DNA from: Schizochytrium sp. TIO01
Lineage: Eukaryota; Protista; Bigyra: Labyrinthulomycetes
DNA: 64,000 bases
Assembly (NCBI GenBank): GCA_004764695.1
Contig: SMSO01000025.1
Coordinates: 2,914,001-2,978,000 of the forward strand
Reading direction: 5' to 3'
Shown here piece after piece: positions 58,941 to 64,000 of the stretch. Each line of letters starts with the position of its first letter. Within the stretch, counting starts at the first letter, position 1. Position numbers and translations under genes: made by a program. Below the pieces are notes generated by a model, which was given only the letters and a program-made list of their open reading frames with translations, was not told the origin of the DNA and did not search any database.

Positions 58941-61900
58941 GGGAGAAGGAACCATTAGGACCCGACCCCATCGAAAGCAAGCAAGTAAGCAACGCAGTCA
59001 GTTCTTGGTACAAAGGCACTGAAGCAAGCAACGAGAGACCGATGAGATCAATAGAAAACGAGTCCGCGATTTACAACATCTCCAGCACTCCCAAAGAACT
59101 AAGTGGGCACTAAGTGGCGCAGCAGTATGTTATGTAATCTATGGTGCTGTGCTCTCGCAATGTGCACTCCCTGCGCTGCTGTATTATTACCTATTCTCAT
59201 CATGGATCATGGATGGTAACAACTTCGTAGTCCCCTGACTAGCTAGAGAGAGAGACAGGCAATTACTAAAAGAAAGAAAGCAACTAAACAAACAAACATA
59301 CAAACAACTACAAACAACTACAAACAAACAAGCACACGCCAACAGCAAAGATATGGCTCATCCAAAGGCGGAGAAACGGGCGTGGACCAGGCTGCCATTC
59401 TGTACCTGCTACTCCAAGCTCGAGCTCGAGCGAGCAGCGCCGAAGGAGGTCTTTCTACTCCCATTCGCCCGGCCCACACCAGGATTGATTGATGGATGGA
59501 TGGGCCTCATCACTGTCAGCACCTGAGAATTAATTCCTGAGCCGACTAGGCGGCAGCTAGCCAGGTACGCTACTCCTAGTCCATGGCTACTGCTAGCAGG
59601 CGCCTAGGTAACTGATAGCAGGCAGGGAAAGTGCGGACATGAAAGCAAATGCCCAGTGTTTATAAGCGGCAACTGACGACTTAGGGGAGCTAAGGAAGCG
59701 GAGAGAAACCCATGCTTGGGAATGCGGACCTAAGCCATGTGTTGGCTCCCCAATAGATTCTCAAAGGCTCTGGGATGGCGAACGAAAACAACACATCTTG
59801 ATCCCCTCCCGGTGTTATGTGAATCATGCGAGCAAGTCTCAGTGAGCTTTCTTGCTTGCTTTCTTTCAAGTTTTTATTATTATATTATCTCCTTTCGATC
59901 GATACGCAGGTTAGTAGGACATAGTAGGTGCTGACTGACAATTAATTGGATGTGTTAGGCTCTTCTAACGATTTCATCGGATTCAGTAGTAGCTAAGATC
60001 ATGCAGAAATTTGGGAAGGAGTGTGTACGAGAGAAAGTCTATTTTTATTTTTATTTTTCAATCACATGTTATTCTCAGGAAACTCGGCCTCTGTACCGCC
60101 TGGCTTGGCTTAGCCTGCAGCTCTGTGAGTGCTCTTGAAGCGGCCGGTATTATCACTCCACCAATGACTCCTCTGCAGCGAGTTTGAAGCTGATGCCTGA
60201 GCCTTTCACAACTCGAGGTGCTTCTGTTGGTTTGTTAACCCCATCCGTTTGCTGGCATGGCCCACACCTGGGAAAGTCTTCATTACTTCGAAAACATTTT
60301 GTTTAAAGATGAAATTTTTAAAAGCTGTTGAAAGCTTTTTTCCTTTTTATGACAAATTAAAAATCAATCTCAGTATTCATGTTCGTGAAAATGAAGACGG
60401 AAAGTGCTTCAAACTACTGCTCTGAAAGCAAGCAGCCCAACCTCAGATTCAACTCCAATATCATTCTAGCAATGTAGAACACCCATTGGCAATTGCACGG
60501 CCTACCCAGAGGTTGGTCTATGGTTTGGGGAGCGCCCGCGACACCTTGAAACCCAGGGTGTTGGTCAAAGTGAAATTGCTGTGAAACCTTTAGTCATCAG
60601 ACGGGAGACCATCATAGGAGCAACATAAAAGACTGGCAAAGGGACTACGTTAGAACTAAAAGACATATAACAGTGCTTTAAGCGGCGTACATACGGCTCT
60701 CGTGGGCTGGTTCTAGAGACTTTGGGAACGAGATTTTGCTGGCAAATTTCATGTATTTGTCTTCTGCCTTCAGCGTAGTCTCCCAAAACCTGCAAAGGAG
60801 AATCGACGATTAGGTCATACGCCACAAAGGTCACAGACTGAGAATTATCCGTGAAGAGTGCTGCGGTGCTCTAGGTGCTGCGACGGAGTTGTGCAGAGAT
60901 TTCGAAAGGGACCTTGTGATGCAGTATTCGAAAAGCAAAGGGAAAACACATTTCTTCAATAATTCTTTTTAATCTCCCCGTGACCTTCTTTTCTTTTGTT
61001 TTTTCTTTTATTTGTTTTTTCTTTTATTTTTTATGTATGCGTATATTTCTTTTTATAGTGATAAACACGAGAATAAATAACCTGGAAACCACTCAGAATT
61101 AATAACCAATTTTGTTGAAGTTCTTTTGTACTTATTCCTCGACGAAGCGCACGACTCTCGATCAAAACGATCGCTCAAAACAAATGGTTTAGTGGTACAG
61201 CCATGATGTCCAAACATGCATGACCAATGGATTTAAAGAGATAGTCTTCTTGAACAAATGCGACCCATCAGATCAGAGACCGAAGAATACTTTTAATTAA
61301 ACAAAGGCCTTTTTCTTTCCAGCTTTACAATAATTCTTCTACCATAGTGAGCAGACAGAATAACCCTTTGAGAATCTGGTGTCTCTGACTAGCAAATTCA
61401 AATTGGCTTGCGGCAGCGAGGAGGCAAGTTCGCAACAGCAGATGGTTGGAGGACAGAGCCAAGCAAGAGCTTGCTCGGAATACTGGAAAGCGGATAAAAA
61501 ATTTGCGCAATGCCGCCAAACCACAAACGACGGAACTAAGCGTCCTCGAGGAGCGATAAAAACCCGCGACGTCGGTGGTCTCTCGCCTCACCTTCTATTG
61601 GCACCTCCAGAGAAGTAATGGTACTTCTGCTTCTTCTTCTCCTTCTTGTTCAATGGAAATAAAATACATACCTCTGCTTTGCGCCTACCTAGGTACCTAC
61701 TTCCCGGTGGAGTGGGCTTCGAGAGGAACTCTGACTTGGACGCACCGTATTAGGATATCTGCGTTAAGGATGTGGTGGACTTCGCTGTGGATTAGTTAGG
61801 TCGCGATTGTTTCCTGTTTCGGTAGCCATGATTATCGCTGTTTCCATCATTCCTGGTTCTTGAAAATGCGAGGAGAGCTACTCCATTTCTTCACGCATAC

Positions 61901-63744
61901 CTTCACGGGACAACACAAGGCTCTGGACTACCTGCCCGAGGTGGCCTATGGCTTCAGCTCGTCCATGGCCTCTTCGAGAGGTTAAAAGTGCCACGAGTTT
62001 AAGCTTTCTCGCCCGAGAGATTGGCCGCTACAGTGCTACGAGTGGCCCGTTTTGGTGGAGGCTGTGTCCTGCCCGTCGCTGTATTATCGCTGGAATGGAG
62101 GCTTATTCACTGCTACGAACACCTCAACTGAAGATGGAGAACCTCGGAAGCTGGAAGAGATCAATCAGCTCCACGATATAGTCCACCAGTCGATCGTTCA
62201 CGCATTCGAAGGCTCGACTCGAGCTCTCTCGGGGTAGCTGGCTGGCTGGAGTGGCCTCGACATCGAAGACGCCTACCGCCTCGTGGAAATCGCGGTGGTC
62301 TCGCCACATCTAGCGAGCTAGCTGCCAGCTACTCGGACTTTTCTCATGTGGATTGTGGCCTGCACAAAAATGCGGAATTAGTTCCCAAAGCGACAAAGCA
62401 GCTTTGGCTATGCTTATTCTTGTGGCGATGACCCTGACGGGTCAGTTACACGATGACGCCAGAAAAACTGCCCCGTGTCTTATTGCTCTTTCAGAGGATG
62501 CGATGGGCGTTGTTCACACACATCCACAGAATTGCAAAGCCCGTGACCAATCAATTGTGCAAGACTGATAGTATTGCCTGGAGCATGATAAACTTTGAGA
62601 GCGCTAGCGCTACTGCAATTATGGACTTGGAGTAATGCGCGAGAGATGGTCTTTGATGCACCCCCTATTTATGAAATTGAAGTTAGCAAGTTTGATTATC
62701 AGGACGAAATAATGGGGTCACTGGCTATGCTGAAGTATGAAGTATTTTAAAAATAGAATTCAAAAAGGTATTCATTATTCACGTCATTGTTGTTGATACA
62801 ATTGATACTCTAATGTGCTTTTAAATAATTTGACATTACATATGTGCAAATGGGAATCTGGGTATCGCCCTGATATCCGTTTTCAGAAAAATGTGCTAGG
62901 CAAGACTACTACAAAATGAGTAATTTTTTTAAATGAATTATAGGCCAAAAAAAAAAAAAAAAGTGAATACTGGTACTGTGGTGGTAGTGGCCTTACTCTA
63001 GATAGCAATAGGACGTTACCTACCTACAATCTACTCATGTCGTAGCAAAAGTATATGTATATAGGTACTTACAGGACTGGAAGACATCGTTTTCACCAGG
63101 AACGCATAGTGAAGCTCTCCTTTACGAAGCCGGCCACTTACTTCTAAGAACTAAAAAAATCGGAGTTTTGGCGTTGAGCAGAGAATCTTTGAGTTGGAGA
63201 CTGCAAATAAGTACAACACATTACATTTCGTTTGGTTTTTAAGTAGATCTCAGATTGGAGAAATAGGGCGCGTTTCATTATTTGTCGACTCTGCTCCGAT
63301 TATCTTGACATTTGGAGCCAGCAAAGGCACTTGACCTCTCACTTCAAGTATGTGCTAGGTGAGCCATGAATCAAAGAAGACTCAAATACTCAAATCTGCA
63401 TCGCATCTAAATGCCCCCATCCAGTATAAAAACACAACCGCACCCTTCACCTGTACAATCAAGTTTCTCAGAAATTTGAAACATCCGAGAGAATCAAAAA
63501 TTATAATGAAGACCCACATTCTCGTCACAATCAAATCTATATAGATTGCTAATTTAAAGTGTTCAGGAACTACTACTATCATTAGTAAACAACTGCATGT
63601 TATAAATATTGAAGGAACAATTATGCAAAGCCTAACCGGGTTTAGAGCTCTGTCAAATGCTAACCAGCCCCATTTGGGGGGCTGATACACTTGATCAAAT
63701 ATTCAATAACGCTGCACAACAATCAGGACGTTTGTACCCATTAT

Positions 63745-64000
63745 TTAGTCCATGACGAGACGCATCTCTTGCTCGCTCGGCGCCGAAACCTGAAAAGGTG
63801 CCGGGACTGTAGCGGCTTCTTCTGCGCTCGGAGGCTCCGCAGATGAATCCAATGTCTGCAAAAACCTCCCAACTGCAGGATAGTAGATATGGGGATAACT
63901 CTCAACGATGTCATTGTGCCCTGCGCCTGCAATCCAAAGCGTATGTCGACGATCGCTGGGCACCTTATTTGCGAGATCCTTACCATGGTTCACGCCAACT
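63745..64000 (-). CDS. C-terminal part of an alpha/beta hydrolase, ABHD17/ABHD13-like (continues beyond the window)
   Basis: Frame is open to the window edge: VGVNHGKDLANKV...LWIAGAGHNDI...YYPAVGRFL, with the catalytic His in GAGHND. Confidence 0.8.
   Translation of the reverse strand, partial: VGVNHGKDLANKVPSDRRHTLWIAGAGHNDIVESYPHIYYPAVGRFLQTLDSSAEPPSAEEAATVPAPFQVSAPSEQEMRLVMD

Overview
Eukaryotic nuclear DNA with apparently intron-free genes and microsatellite-rich spacers. The style suggests a stramenopile such as a thraustochytrid/labyrinthulomycete, but this is inference only. The first ~41 kb is gene-poor and holds four genes: an Amt ammonium transporter, two divergent type II glutamine synthetase paralogues 20 kb apart, and a MATE transporter. 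Together these form a candidate nitrogen-assimilation locus, and Amt and the second GS share an exact 16-bp upstream motif. From 41.5 to 56 kb is a dense block: a p25alpha/EF-hand-like repeat protein, PSMD9/Nas2, a small prefoldin-beta/ASDURF-like ORF, capping protein alpha, an HDHD5/CECR5-like HAD hydrolase, PLRG1/Prp46, and an unusual 6-phosphofructo-2-kinase. That kinase carries two N-terminal SerA-type ACT domains and a bisphosphatase domain that has lost its catalytic residues. It is the most striking candidate for an undescribed system, an amino-acid-sensing glycolysis switch. The window ends in the C-terminus of an ABHD17-like hydrolase. No rRNA, tRNA, CRISPR array or recognisable transposase was seen.
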